A stretch of DNA of 64,000 bases, taken from contig JAUZTB010000063.1 of NCBI GenBank assembly GCA_034780895.1, positions 24,349,465 to 24,413,464 of the forward strand. The letters are read 5' to 3'. The notes beneath the pieces are model-generated. The model did no database searches. It was given only the letters and a program-made list of their open reading frames with translations, and was not told where the DNA came from. This DNA is from Rhynchobatus australiae (lineage: Eukaryota). The translations under genes were made by a program, and so were the position numbers. Below, piece after piece: positions 12,076-26,851 of this stretch; position 1 is the stretch's first letter; every line of letters begins with the position of its first letter.

Positions 12076-15000
12076 CTCAAAAAAAAATTGCTTATTTTTG
12101 TGCGTTCAGTGACTGTTGAAGTGTTTGTAACAAAAATGATGTCAGCAGATACATTGCTTAGCATTCAGGTTTTTTGTGTTTTATACGGTGTGTTTGTAAA
12201 TTGAACTAGTATATTAATTTTCTGTTAAGAGATGTATAAGCATTTTCTTTTGGATAAAAAAAATGAAGGTAGAATAGGTCATGGGTCTTGTTTTAATCTT
12301 ATTCATTTTGATTCTGTGAACTATTACATAATTCCCAGTAACTGGANNNNNNNNNNNNNNNNNNNTATAATTTGGGAATTAACTGATGTTAAGTTGCTGA
12401 AATTATTTTCACTAGCAGTCTTAAGGACTCTCTAAACTAAAATGTATTATTTACTGTAAAAAACATTTGTATAATTGTTCTAAAAATTAGAATTTTTTAG
12501 GCCTAATTTAGACTGGTTACCAGATAAAGAAACAATCAGAAATATATTAAACTATACTGATCCAGTAGGTCCCAGATTTAATCTATGAACCATACTAAGT
12601 TTCTTCTTCATTAAGGTGAAACTCCTGGATCAGGGAGAGGAAAATTATCTGTGGTTCACACTCCAGACTTTTGCCTAATGATGCATTCCCACAAAGCCTT
12701 TTCAGTCTGTTGGTTGGATAGAATTCAGCTACAGTATTGTCAGTCATTAACTGCAGCTGTTAACTGTTGAGCTTGAAGCATAAAGAACTCCCTGAACAAG
12801 CTGCTGGAGAACTAATAGCAGCCACATTATAGTGAAATTACAGGACCAAAATAAGGCAAAAACCTATCTGACCTCTTGTCAATCCACTTATTTCTCCTTC
12901 CACTGTTATGTAATCTTTATATCATCCTTGTAGAGACTGTCCTGAGTTCACATTAAGGATGTCCTTCATTGTGTTATATAGTGCTTCTACTGTGCCAAAT
13001 ANNNNNNNNNNNNNNNNNNNNNNNNNNNNNNNNNNNNNNNNNNNNNNNNNNNNNNNNNNNNNNNNNNNNNNNNNNNNNNNNNNNNNNNNNNNNNNNNNNN
13101 NGACAGCTACCAGCTCAAAACTTGGCAACTATAAGGTCCTGTGATCCATAGTTGCATTGGAATTGAATTCATGGCATGTTACATCTCTCACTCCTTTTGA
13201 TTAAAGCAGGGAAGCAAATGCTGTTTACTTGCTGTATTTTTTTACATTAATATGATCAATGAATGATCTATTATGGTGCTGTATACACAGGTATCAGGAC
13301 CAATGGTTAATTTCCTCAAAATACTGCCAGGCACATGCTGAAAAAGAATGATTTGTATTGGAATACTTACACTGTTTGCTTGTGCTGTTCATGTTCTGTC
13401 ATTCCATAAAGTAAAGTTAACACCAAAATGAATCCTAAAAGCAATACAGATATTGGAGGTTTATTAGAAACTCCAGAAAATCAGTAGCATTGACACCTGC
13501 CAGATTTCTTGTATATCTATTGAAAAACATTTATCAAATGAAATTTATCTAATAAAATTATCACTGCAAATTGGAAGCAAATTCCAATAACCTAATTGCA
13601 AGGTATAAACACAAGCTGTCACACTGTCTTTTTGAAGGAGAATTTTATACATACTAGTTTTAATTTTACTAAGTACATTCTGAATTTCTGGACCAATTAA
13701 TCTGTGCCCTCAAGATTTAGTTCGTACTGACAAACTCCTTCCACAATGAGATTCAGTAGCCTATTGCTACCTTTTCTTGTTTCAGTTAAAACGTGGTCAT
13801 ATTTGGAGTAATAAATCTTTGCTCTGACCCCCAATGATGGAGATGATTTTCTGTGGATGAGGTCGAATTTTGATAAGTATTGAATAAAGAAAATCTTTTC
13901 AACATAATTTAGACCCTGACATGCCATTGTATCTCTTTTTCTAACCACTCTATGACATTCACAGATTACAAATTACAACAATATGTATTGTTAATGTCCA
14001 TATGTGATAAGGCACTAAAAAGCATAAAAAAATCAAAAGGAAAACTTAAGAGTTGTGATGGAAAATAAGAGTTGAGCTCCAAGGTGGGTCTTAAATGACA
14101 TGGAGGGTATTGGGGGTAGGGGGCTGAAAATTCAACAATGAATAATAGGCCAAAAATTAACAACTAAAAAAGTCCAAATCAAAGGAGTGGAGTACTTATG
14201 TAGAATTTCTGGGTTCTATGAGTTATAGTGATAGAGACAGATTGGTCATGAAGTGATCTTTAACATTCAATTATTGTCCCCTCCCATTAAGGTTCATAAT
14301 GATTCCTGTCAAGCGAGCATGAAGAGATTTATGGATGATGTTTACAGAATAGACTTTACAGATTTAGAGCACAGGTAATTAAACTTATACTATGTACACA
14401 TTGGCTTTTGATTTTTAAATCTGCCATTGCACCCACTGAAGAAATGTGGAAAATTGTGTTTTTGTATCCACCATATTTTACCTGCATAAAAGTTGAATGT
14501 CACTAACTATATCCTGTGGGATGATTTCCTGAATGATACTTGCATGGTCATAGTTGTCTACTGCTAACCTATTTCTCTCAAACAGGTGTTCCTGATCTAA
14601 CTGTTCTTGAATCATTTGAAAGCAATTATTATTAACTTTGTAGTTCCATATTACAGTTAGTACATCCCTCTAACCATGATCATGTAGCACAACAAAATGT
14701 GGTGCTGTGCAATTTAATTTCTATTTAAAACTTCCACTTAAAAAATGAATGTTAAGGAACCAAGGGAGAAGAAATTGGTGAGACAAAAGAAATTGCATAG
14801 GAAAACCCAAAAGGGTCACCTACTCTTTTCCAGTTACGAAATTAATGTTTTCATGTCCTGCTTCTAAAATTGACAACTTCCAGGCCATGACCTGAATAAC
14901 TGCAGCTTTCATTACAGATATTTAGACTGCCTCCAAACAATATGATCTGATAGGGGCAATTGGGGGAAATAATTCTTATTTCTAGGGGTGCCTAAGCACA

Positions 15001-15649
15001 AGGCTAGGTTTTACAAGGAAACATACTTTTGCTAATCTTTGTATATTTCATCAGCATTAACGTGGGGGCACCACAAGGCAACTTACTGACACGCAATTTG
15101 TTCCGAAATCCATGATAAACTGCCAAGGAGCTCAGTATTTTCCCCAATCTCATTCATATGCTGATTTTGGTAGAAATGCAACCAGCATCACTGAAGCATG
15201 AAGATCAATCTTCGATAAATTTCATCAAAAAACATTGAGTGAAGTGCCCTAATTATCTTCAGCCTTTGCTGTTCTTCAATCAAAGTAGTTATATCATGAA
15301 ATTACATACAAGTCAGCAGGTGTGATTCAGTGCAAATGTGATAAGATGCATTGAAGGAATTACCATAGTGAGACGGTGAAGGGTGTTTCAATATCAAGTG
15401 AATATTGTTTGCAAGCTGGTGAGATATTTTTTAAGTAATACTTTTCTGGAGTTTATTTCCTTGCTTATAGATTAACATAATCACTTTAACTTGCTTTACC
15501 AACAAATTATACTTGGAATCAAAACTTGACAGAGTTAGAGAACAAATAACCCATTCAGACTCCATTAATTTGGAAACTACAAAATTGTATCCAAGAATCA
15601 AAGTAGAGACAACTCACCACATAAAATATGATTTTGGCGCATTTGCCAA

Positions 15650-15925
15650 CATTGTTTATATTTCTGCTCAGAGTTTGACGTTATCTAAGTATTTTTAGCA
15701 ACTATTCCTCTGCACCCAAAAGCTAAGCCTTAAAGATGTAGTATAAGCTATTAAGGAGATTGCACCTGGTAAAGCAGCAAGTAATAATCAGATCCCTCCA
15801 GCAGTCCTAAATGCAGTATGGCAAAAGCCTGTCATTGACATCCACACGCTTCTTTGCACTTGCTAAAAAAACCAAATCAGATATACCTGGATTTGAAAGA
15901 GGCAGAACTGGTCATGATGCAGATG
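15650..15925 (+). mobile_element. Decayed RTE-clade LINE reverse transcriptase fragment
   Basis: Translates LSLKDVV*AIKEIAPGKAASNNQIPPAVL...IHTLLCTC* then DLKEAELV, resembling RTE ORF2 EV.KAI..L..GKAPG.DGIPAEVL...DMRDA.I. Confidence 0.6.
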
Positions 15926-16849
15926 AAAGCCAAAACTCATTCATTTCCACTGACAGCTAGAGAATCCTGCCCACAATCATTCAGATCCATGAAAAGTGTC
16001 TGTGGCCAGTGCAGTCATTACAAGAAGCCCAGGCTAGGGCCTGTCTGAGCCAGGAGCCGAATATACCCCAACTTCCATCCAATTGTAGCCACTGTGAGAA
16101 AGTTTGCCACTCATGTCATGGATATCTTTGCATTTCCTCCCATCTATCAAGATGTTGACCTGCCTTCAGTATTGTGCTTCATTCACGAGTTTTCAGTTTG
16201 ACATAGCTAAACGCAATGATACCAAAGTTATCATGGTCATCTGGGATACCTTCAGTTGAAGGGAGCAATGCTTTCAACCCCAATTGCACACCATAAAAGT
16301 CACAGGAGAGTGAATGTCGATAGGTTGGCCAATAGGTTTCAGAGACCAAAAGGATCAAAGACATTGAATGTGAACAGGTAAACACTGAACTTTAAGCAGA
16401 GGGGTAACTGGAACAATATTAAAATTGATGCTGTATTAATAGTTCCCCAATTAATACAATCACAATGTTGAACCATTGTTGTTAGTTAGTGCACTTTCAA
16501 CTTAGCGAACCAGAGAAAGGACATAATAAGCCTGCGTCTGGAATTTTTTGATTTAATTCAATTCTAATTGGTTAAATAAATGTCAAATTAGATTTATTGG
16601 AAGAGTTCTTATTAAAGATACTAAGATCTATCAAATTGATAAGTATTTTAGTTTTCAATTACTTATGACAGGCCATTGTAATAACACTGCTTGGCACTGA
16701 TTAAGTGATTTTTCATTTAACTAAAAACTTCTAACTTGATGGACATTTATGCAAGTTATACATCCAAAATGTTTCAATCTTCATATTCTCATATCCTTAA
16801 AACATTACGTTGATTTTGGCATTGTTAAAAAGGAGTGAATCTTCCAAAG

Positions 16850-17375
16850 TTCTATAGGTTAGGGAACAATTATAGTGTTTTGGTCTGACTGCACCTGATG
16901 TTCTGGTCTCCTTGCCTAAGACAGAATACACTTACCCTGAAGGGAGTGTANNNNNNNNNNNNNNNNNNNNNNNNNNNNNNNNNNNNNNNNNNNNNNNNNN
17001 NNNNNNNNNNTAAGTAAGCATACAAATTTCTGACAGGAATGGATAAACTTGATCTGGGGAGAATGTTTCTCCTGGCTGGGGATTCTAGAATGAGATCTGG
17101 GATATGAAGCAAGAGATTTACCACTAAGGTAAGGAAAAAATTCTTCACTCAGAGGATGGAGAACCTGTGGAATTTACTGCCACAGAAGACAGTGGAGGCC
17201 AAGTTGCTGAATATATCTTGGAAGGAGATAGATTTCTGGGCACAGAAGATGTCAATGTAAATGGGAAGAAAGTGGGAATATGGTATTGAAATGGAGGATC
17301 AGCTGTAATGGTACTGAACAGTTGGGAAGGCTTGAAGAGCCTAATAGCCTACTCTTGCTTTGATGATTCTATGAT
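16850..17375 (+). mobile_element. CR1 LINE 3' fragment
   Basis: ttctggtctccttgcctaag, ttcttcactcagagg...gaacctgtggaatt, and terminal atagcctactcttgct. Confidence 0.75.
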
Positions 17376-19749
17376 AGCCATCATTAATGGAATTTCTTTA
17401 ATTAATAAATACTGAAGTATTAAGTTTAACAACTGCAGTGAAAAATGTGCAAACCAAGCTTTGTTACATTTGTTTTATAACTAAAAGTACTATTGAGGAT
17501 TTTCAACAAATGAAAAATGTTTAAGTGATGGCTTAAACCTGTGGCATATTTCACTTCATTGTTAATCAGAATGTTCAATAAAATGATTTATCATATGTAA
17601 AAAAAAGCTAGAATTCAGCAATTCATGGGAGTAAATGCTTTTTGGCTGGCAGTGAGGAGTCATCCAATCTGATAATGAGGAGTCCATTTGTTTTCAGAAT
17701 GGCACCGAAAGTTGAGGATGGAAAAATGGCTCCATGTGGAATTGGGGCCAGTCAGGAAATTCTCCAGGAATTTGTCAAGTAGTTGGGATTATGTCCAGCT
17801 CCATGCACACTGCATATGAAACATGGTTTATAATTTTTAAAAAAATTTCTACTAAGGAATAAGATTACCTTTCACTTACCATAAGAACTGTTAATGCAAA
17901 ATAACACACAAGTTTAAAGTGAGTGATATCATTAATCGAATTAAATTCCTCTGCTATTGAACTGGAGGAATTTAAATAATTTAAATAAATCAATTATCTT
18001 TCTTATTATAATTGCAGAGAGAAGAAAGTCAGGTGCACATATTATCATAATATCACTCACAGATTTCCACTCTTAAACTGATGATCTTATTTAAAATGGC
18101 CATGTGAATGAGTACCTACCATGAGAAATTGCACAAGTACACTTAAAGGCATTCTTGTAGGAACCGAAGGAAAAAAATGTTGGAAATTTAGTAGATTGAT
18201 AGGCTTCTCTGGAGAAAACATATGCTAACATTTCAATGTTGACCGCTCANNNNNNNNNNNNNNNNNNNNNNNNNNNNNNNNNNNNNNNNNNNNNNNNNNN
18301 NNNNNNNNNNNNNNNNNNNNNNNNNNNNNNNNNNNNNNNNNNNNNNNNNCATTCTCACAACATTTACTGACTGATATTATATTTTTCTCTTTTTCTTCTA
18401 GAATATATAGCCTTTATCTTGTATTTAAATTATGCTCATGTACAAATCTGAGCTCCCAGTAAATTAGGGACATTTTTTATTTTTCAAGTATCAGTCTTAA
18501 TACAACAAATGCTAGCTCCTGATGCAGCATGAACAAGCTGAAAGAAAAACATTTTATACTCAAGCACCATAGTAATTGTGGAGAGAGGGAGATAGCAGAA
18601 ACATAAAGCAGATTTAGATAAATTTAGTAATTCTAATGTTGCCCAAAAGAATACTGTTTAGTGAATAGTGCAAAACACAATCCTATTTTCTAAAGAGTAG
18701 AGGACTCATTAATGAGGTCAACACTATTCAAGTGAGCCACCAGGGATATTGCCCACACAGGCCTGCTATTGTGAATTGAGTGTCATCCATTGCAAGTGTT
18801 AATCCAATTGGACCCAACAGGCTTTCGTGCTTTTAAAACAGCTAAAAGATACTTTTCCAAATGAAGCCAAATTGAACAGTACAAGTCTTTTACAAATGTT
18901 GCAAGTTTCTTTGAGACAAAATAATCACTGATTATTTTGACGAGTTAGAAATTGAGCCCACTGCTGCAAAGGAGCATTGGTGATATTTTAATGTTAGCAT
19001 GGCATATTCATTTCATTAATCACTTTTTTTTGCAACTCCATCTTTTACCTGCAAGGTTACAGAAACTGACAATGACACATTGAGTCTGCACAAGACCCAT
19101 GTGTAGTTAATTAACTACATGAGTCTACTACTTTATTACCTGTCATCCTAAAATTAGCATGGGGGAAAACAATTAATTTATGTTATATTTCATTGTATGC
19201 TTTATTATAATGTTCTTTCTAATGATTCAGTGTTGTCCTATTGTTAATGATTAAATAGTCAATTCAAGTTGCAAAAAATAAGATTCACTGAACTATTAGC
19301 TCATCTTTATTATAGTGATATAAAGTAGTTTTTCTTCACAGCCTGACAATTTATATTTCTAGGGCTTTCCATTTACTGAAATAGAACAAACAGACTTTAT
19401 ATGATATAGTAGGCAAAGAAACACAACTTCTAAGAATTTCTTATTACAGTTTTGTGACCAAAGTCTGAATTTTCACCTTTATTTATATTCTTCAAACAGA
19501 GATGCAATAATTTTCGACTACCTGTTCGGCATGTGAAAAGATGGCAGAATGACTGGTATTGACCATACAAATATGATGCTTAGTGTGCAAGTTCAGTAAG
19601 TATCAAGGTGAAGCAGTGTTACATCAACAACAAGATTTATGGGTCTATAATTTGCTGTGGGAAAGTATTTAAAGTTACATGATAAGAAAAAATAAGATAA
19701 GGTTCTAGTTCCTGATAACTATCCCAGTTGGTCCTGGTGCAAAGTAATA

Positions 19750-19940
19750 GATAATAGGTAATTGGTTTATTATTGTCACATGTACCAAAATGCAGTGAAA
19801 AGCTTTTGTTTGCGTGCCATCCAGACCGATCATTTCAAAACATAGGTTCATCGAGGCAGTAGAAAGATAAAGCAATAACAGAAAGCAGAATATAGTGTTA
19901 CAGATACAGTTACAGAGAAAGTGCAAGGCAGGCAGACAAT
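19750..19940 (-). mobile_element. Rex1/Babar-like LINE 3' end
   Basis: tttattattgtcacatgtacc...gcagtgaaaagc is shared with the copy at 62150. Confidence 0.6.
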
Positions 19941-20154
19941 AAAGTGCACTAAGGTTAAATGGTCACCACCTGATTAACAATGAGGACTTTAAGTAAGGAG
20001 GCTTCATTATTCAGGAACCTGTCGTGGAATGGATCTGGCTCGGAAATGATACAGTTAATAGTCTGTTATCATTCAAGCATTCCCCCCTCCCCCCNNNNNN
20101 NNNNNNNNNNNNNNNNNNNNNNNNNNNNNNNNNNNNNNNNNNNNNNNNNNNNNN

Positions 20155-20280
20155 CTTTCCTGAGGAAGGGGCAAGTGTAAACAGAGTCAATAGAGGGAGG
20201 CTGGTTTTTGCGATGGACTGGGCAATTCACACCTGTCTGCAATTGCTTGTGGTCTTGGGCAGAGCAATTGCCATACCAAG

Positions 20281-20282
<2 letters not shown>
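20155..20282 (-). mobile_element. Rex1/Babar-like LINE fragment
   Basis: The minus strand translates AWYGNCSAQDHKQLQ...PPSIDSVYT, typical of the Rex1 ORF C-terminus. Confidence 0.7.

Positions 20283-20283
<1 letters not shown>

Positions 20284-20327
<44 letters not shown>
20284..20327. repeat. (TG)n microsatellite
   Basis: About 22 perfect TG units. Confidence 0.95.
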
Positions 20328-20328
<1 letters not shown>

Positions 20329-21659
20329 TTTTATTAGTTAATTGGTTCTGGAGCCTATCAATGGTCAATGTCAAGATGTAAGAAAAAGTCAGATTTCATG
20401 ATACCAAGAGGTTGCTGGAGCTTGTGAATAAAAGCACATGACAATTTAATAAGTTAATGAAAAAAAAGAGTAAAACTGCAGAGAAGGGAAGAACCTAAAT
20501 AACTATTGGAACATCACACCGCTAAATATGAACTATTTTGGAAGAGCTCAAAGCAAAAATGTGGGAGCCTAGAACATCCAGGGTGCTTGCAGAGGTGTGT
20601 TAAAAAGTCATTGTACAGCAAACCAATGATTGCTTTGGTCATGGGCCTGCTACTTCCAAATTCAGTATAGCTGGGCACTACTGAATTGGTCTTACACAAG
20701 GGATGGACTCTCCTTCATACTCTGTACCAGGCCTGTGCTTTCAAAAGAAAACGGAGAAGTCCANNNNNNNNNNNNNNNNNNNNNNNNNNNNNNNNNNNNG
20801 GGTCGATGGAAGGATTGCACATTTGAGAGTGTGTGGGGTGTGGGTGGGGGGGGGTAGTAGAGACAAGAGCAGGCTGGCGGCCGGCAGTGAGATGGGAACA
20901 TGTGATTGGTGACCCATGAGGTGGTATATATGTCTGGAGTATGTGATGAGCTGGCAGAAGGAGTGAGACAATCAATCAGTAGATGTAGGTAATGGAGTTA
21001 CGTGACTGGGGTCTTGGGGCAAAAGGTTCAAATGATCAAGGTTTAACAGTCCAGAGTCAGGTGATTTGGGCTTGGGTTTGGGAGATTTGTTCGTTGTGTC
21101 CTTTGGGAGGGTTAGGGTCTGTACAATGCTGGGAGGCCAGTGGGAGACCCAAAGGAGAAACAGCAAGTGAATAAATTAAAGTGGACCAACATGAGTCAAG
21201 TAGCCAAAGCTGCATGTTGCTTTTAAATCATGTAGATGCAGAGATTTTCACATCATGAGAACATGGTGGGGTTGAGAGCTCAACACAGTCGAGAACAGGA
21301 TTTTACTTCTCCAAGTGCTCCTCGAAATGAGTGTTGTACTGGCCATGGCATCATTAAGCAAGTGCTCAACGTGGAAACTGGCTGATCTGTCCAACTGTAT
21401 CTATTGTAGGGAAGGTCAGTCAAATTCCCATGCAGGTGTGATTTAACCTGGAAATCAACAAAATCACATTCCACTGTGGGAAACATCAATTTTCATTTGT
21501 GTAGCACAATAAAGGCAGTGTTACATAAATAAGTTTCTGGAGAGGGGTTCTAAACCTGTCACAGATTTCCATTGTTAACCTAAAATCAATCTGCTCCATT
21601 CTTGGAAGTAAGAACAAACATTTTTCATGTCCAACTTTAAAAAATGTACCAAACATTAA

Positions 21660-21865
21660 AAAAATACAGGTGCTGGAAATGTGAAATAAAAACAGAAAGC
21701 GTTGGAGATATTCTTCAAGCCAAACAGCATCTCCAAGAGAGAATCAGAGTTAATGTTTCAGGTTCTGAGGAAAGGTCATTGACTTGAAACAGTTAACTCT
21801 GCTTTTCTCTTCAATGATGCCTCCTGAACTGTTGAATACCTGCAGCATATTCTGTCTTCATTTTA
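21660..21865. mobile_element. Palindromic MITE-like element
   Basis: Inner arms cagagttaatgtttcagg / cttgaaacagttaactctg and outer arms aaataaaaacagaa / ttctgtcttcatttt. Confidence 0.75.
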
Positions 21866-22489
21866 AAAAAATGCTGCAATTGCATTGGTGAATATTGACA
21901 ATGACAATTCTCAAAGGGTTAATGCAACAACTGGGTAATAGTGATTCCTTCCTTCAAATACTCATGGTTTGCAAAGATGGAGAATGTGCATTAATCAAGT
22001 GTTAGTACTAAATTAGCACAATAGTCTGCTAGGGACATGAATAATTCATGCTGATGGATGATGTGCTCATCTAATACAAACATGAATATTCACCAGAGAG
22101 TTACAATCGAGTTAGCAACTTTTCAAGCAGAAAAAGTTTGCCTGTTCATGTTGTCACACTTTAATTGCAGTATGAATATTTTCTGTTGATCTACATTAAC
22201 AAGGCAACAACCTTCAATATGTTTGCCACAGCCAGTTTAAGATAGTTAGAAAGAATCTCTATTACTTTCTGGTGGTTTATTGCTGAATTAAACAATGGTG
22301 GAGTATCACTGGCATATTTAGAACAGTTCTGCCCACAGAGGCACTGTGAAAGTAACCAGATGATGTGTAAAAAATCGGGTTACTGTTTTCCAGTGTGAGC
22401 CAGGGTGAGGGTAGGATAGTGGTGACAGATAGGGATAATGGGAAGTTGCCTATAAAATATTAAAATAATGGACTGTACACACAGAGCAG

Positions 22490-22832
22490 ATAGTGGTGGA
22501 GTTAGTGGAGCTGTTGCCTCACAACTCCAGCCACCCAGGTTAAATCCTAATCTCTGGTGGTGTATGTGTGGAGTTTGCACACACATCCTCCCTGTGACTG
22601 TGTGAGTTCCCCCAGGTTGCCTCTCACATCCCAAAGACATACAGGTTTGGGAGGTTAATTGGTCACTGTACATTGCCCCGAGTGTGCAGTGTGTTGGAAT
22701 TCAAGGGGAATTGATGGGAATGTGGAAGGAATAAAATATGTTTAGTGTAGAATTACGGTAAATCAGTGTTTGATGGTCAGTGCAGACCTGGTGGGCTGAT
22801 GGGCCTGTTTCTGTGCTGCACGTCTCTGTGAC
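22490..22832 (+). mobile_element. HE1-like V-SINE, near full length
   Basis: Head gctgttgcctcacaactccag...caggttaaatcc, V-domain gtggagtttgcac...cacatcccaaagac, and tail gggcctgtttctgtgctg shared with CR1 3' ends. Confidence 0.82.
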
Positions 22833-23049
22833 TATATTGGCATTCACTGTAAATGTTAATGTGTATACATATATGTCTAAGTGTGTGACTGAGTCAGTGT
22901 GAGTGGATGTTAATATATGCNNNNNNNNNNNNNNNNNNNNNNNNNNNNNNNNNNNNNNNNNNNNNNNNNNNNNNNNNNNNNNNNNNNNNNNNNNNNNNNN
23001 NNNNNNNNNNNNNNNNNNNNATGATAAAGGTGGGGGGGGGGTGGTATTA

Positions 23050-23779
23050 AAGGGGTAAGACTTACACAGTGAATGGTTGGGCACTGAGGTGTTTGGTAGA
23101 ACAAAGAACCTGGGAATACAGATCCACAATTCCTTGAAAGTGGCATCACAGGTAGATGGGGTTGTAAAAAGAGGTTTTGGCACATTAGCTTTTTATAAAT
23201 CAGGGCATTGAGTACAGAAGTTGGGAACGTTATGTTGAAGTTGTATAAGACGTTGGTGAGGCCAAACTTAGAGTATTGTGTACAGTTCTGATCACCTACC
23301 TACAGGAAAGATATCAATATGCTTTAAAGAGTGCAGAGAAAATTGAGGACCTGAGTTACAAGGATAGGTTGAATAGGTTAGGACTTTATTCCCTGGAGCA
23401 CAGGAGAATGAGGAGAGATCTTATAGAAGTGTACAAAATTATCAGGGATATAGATGGGGTGAATGCATACAGGCTTTTTCCCCTTAGGATGGGTGAGACT
23501 AGAACTGGAGGTCATAGGTTTAAGGTGAAATACTTAAGGAGAATCCGAGGGGAAACTACTTCACTCAGAGGGTGATGCGAGTGTGGAATGAGCTGCCTGT
23601 AGAAGTGGTGGATGCAGGTTCAATTGTAACATTTAAAGAGAAGTTTGGATAGGTGCATGGATGAGAGGTATGAGGGCTATGGTCTGGGTGCAGGCAGATG
23701 GGACTGGGCAGAAAACCAGGCTGACATGGACTAGATGGGCCAAAGGGCCTGTTTCTGTGCTGTAGTGCTCTATGACTCC
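23050..23779 (+). mobile_element. CR1 (HER1-like) LINE, 5'-truncated
   Basis: Motifs LYKTLVRPNLEYCVQF and LNRLGLYSLEHRRMRRDLIEVYKII, with terminal gggcctgtttctgtgctgtagtgctctatgactc. Confidence 0.9.
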
Positions 23780-25049
23780 AGTTTAAGCAAATATGTTGAT
23801 GTGTTCTTTCAAATTTAGATTAGATAGTTGGTTGGATATATCCATATTCAGTTATTTTCCTTGGTGTAAACCTTACCATGCTCAGTTGACATTAACTGAG
23901 TAGGTAAAATAAAAGATACTGGGTGTATCACTGTAAGGTTATCACCAAAATACTGTATGGTGCTGCTGTACTTTACACTCCATTTGGCCAAATTAACAAT
24001 ACTATAACTCAACAGTTCATAAAAGCTCCATGAACAGAAAGTTCATAATTTGTTAAGTCTGTATGGGACTTTTAATCTGCAGCTTTGGTTTCCTTAGTTT
24101 ACTATTCATTGTTACAAATCCATTCCATTGTAAGCCATTCCTGCCATATTAACTAATATCACTAACTCAATAAGCAAACAGTTTAACTTTGTATCCATTT
24201 GTGAACCTTAAATGGTGACCAATTTAGTGGGTGNNNNNNNNNNNNACTACACTATCTATATTTTCAAACTGACTTTTCAAATCCCAATTTCCTCACAATA
24301 TTAGCTCTTGCATCACCTGGATCACTGCCTTTAAATAACTGAAGTTGTGAAACAGAAGATTATTTTCATCCTATTCAATCTTCACATCCTCTCTAATTTA
24401 CTGCACTCCTGGCATAACTCAGCTGCCTGTTTCCAAATAACTGGACCTTGTCCTCATTTGTTTCCTTCCAGCTTTTCCCTCCTGTCTAATCTCACAAAAT
24501 TCATTTGTCAACTTTGCTGTTACAACATACTTTTCATGAAGTTTTACCACTTTTCCTGAAGTTCATTTTACCTCTTTTTTAACAGTTATACATCCATTTC
24601 CTTCACATTTTAACTTTATTATTGACATCCTTTTTGGGAGAGATACGTTCATAGTTTATTTCAAGGATGCTTTATCAATCTATTCTTGTTAGCTACAGAC
24701 CTAGCTGCTTTTTGGTACAATTGGTGACACAATTGAGAAAAAATACTCTGTAAAAATAGAAATTCTCTCACTTTGTTATAGGTGATACAGTATCTATGGA
24801 CCACAATACTCATCAGTACAAACTTCTGCCAAAAAAGAGTTCTCAAGCCTGTTAATTTCATTCACTACAAAGCAATTGCAGTGAGTACAAACCAGGCTCA
24901 GGGATTTTCTAATTGATGGCATTCCCCCAAGCAAGAACCATAGGAGGGTTGATGGTGCTGCATAGTCCTTTCAATTTTCAGTGGGTCAATTAAATATCTA
25001 CTGTGAAATATTTTACATGTGAAAATTGGGGCAAATTATGTCCCAAATG

Positions 25050-25237
25050 GACGTTGGAAGTACTCAGCAGGTCAGATAGCACCTGCACGTCAGTTGGTCA
25101 GTTCTAAAGACAGATTGTCAGTCTGAAATGTTAATTCGGTTTCTCCCTATACAAATGCTACCTGACTCGTTGAGTACGTCCTGCATTTACTTTTTTTTAC
25201 TTCAGATTTACAGCATCAGCAGCTTTTTGCTTCTCAA
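25050..25237. mobile_element. Palindromic MITE-like element
   Basis: Arms gtactcagcaggtcagatagca / tgctacctgactcgttgagtac. Confidence 0.7.
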
Positions 25238-25309
25238 CAGTACCTTAACCAAGACACAGGAAAAAGCCGTTAGCTTTGAGCTGATCCCAATATTATTGTG
25301 TTGACTGAT

Positions 25310-25760
25310 TATTGTAAGCACTGGAAAGGATTTTCAAGAATGGTGCAAGAACTGAAGATCTAATACTTAACAGAAAAGATCGAAAAGGCTGGGGCTTTTA
25401 TTTCTTTAGAAAACAGATAACTGAAAAGATGATTTGATAGAATCTTTAAGATCATGAATGGGTCTGATAAGATTGACATGATGAAGATATTTGTGGGAAC
25501 CAGAATATAGCAATAAACTTAAGAATCACTAATAATTCCAAGAAGGAACTCAGGAAAAACTTCATCTCACATATTGTTGGAATATAGGACTCAATCCTAC
25601 AGGGAGTATTGGAAGAGAGGATTAAGGATGTATTATGGGGAAATCATGCAAGGCAAACACAGGGAAAACATTTCTGACCTGGGTTAGATAAAATTGCAGA
25701 GACTATGCACACTGGCACGGACCTAATGGATTGAAAATGATCCACATTTTGTGCCAAAAG
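25310..25760 (+). mobile_element. Old CR1 3' fragment
   Basis: gatgatttgatagaatctttaagatcatga (DLIE.FKIM-like) and ctcaggaaaaacttc. Confidence 0.55.
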
Positions 25761-26851
25761 ATAGTTCTTAACACTGTAAACTCCAATAATGAAGGTTTTT
25801 TAACAAGTTCCTTTGCTACTGGCTGATTAGCAGCACATTTAGAGAGTGGGATACTTTTCTGATGGTGGCATTTGTCAAGGAAGCACTAATGGCTTAGTGG
25901 ATTTGACTTAGGATCTTACAGACTATTGGGAAGCCTTTGACTGTTTAAAACAACAGGGTCTTGTCATTCCATTCTTTGGAGAATTGGATAATATTTCATG
26001 ATTTAGATAGATGATTGGCTTCTCAAAGGCAGCCAGAACAACTTTCCAGTTGTAGTAACCTCTGCAGTACCAAAAATGAGGATGGACAGCAGGTTGGGCT
26101 GAAGAACGTCTCATAACATTTGTAGAAAAATCAAGCCTCTGAAAGCATTACCCACAGGACAGATGAAATGGCTTTTCCTAGATATTCTGGAGTGCAGGTA
26201 CCAGCAGGTGGATGCCGTGGAGATCTGATGCTGCCGGATATGCCTCATCTGAGGTATATGCCTCACATCCTTCCTTTTATCTTCCTTTTCCTAACCAGCA
26301 CCAGGAGAACACTTAACAGGAACTCTTAGTCCCTAACTGAGAGGGCAGAGAGAGTTGGGTGGATGGGAGGACCATAATTATCAGCTCTAAACCAGACTTG
26401 ATACTACTTCAGATCTATGTTACCATTTCAACATCACTTGCCCTAAATTGCTTATCCTGTGTCATGTAAGAGCTGAGCACTAAGTGTCCTGAATAATTTC
26501 ATCATTCTGGAATTGGGCGTAGAAAAGAGGGAGGGAGCTGATTTTTTATTTCAAGTTGCCCATTTTATCCTGCAAGATTGGAAAAAGAAGCAAAACAGAG
26601 GGGTGGGGTGGGNNNNNNNNNNNNNNNNNNNNNNNNNNNNNNNNNNNNNNNNNNNNNNNNNNNNNNNNNNNNNNNNNNNNNNNNNNNNNNNNNNNNNNNN
26701 NNNNNNNNNNNNNNNNNNNNNNNNNNNNNNNNNNNNNNNNNNNNNNNNNNNNNNNNNNNNNNNNNNNNNNNNNNNNNNNNNNNNNNNNNNNNNNNNNNNN
26801 NNNNNNNNNNNNNNNNNNNNNNNNNNNNNNNNNNNNNNNNNNNNNNNNNNN

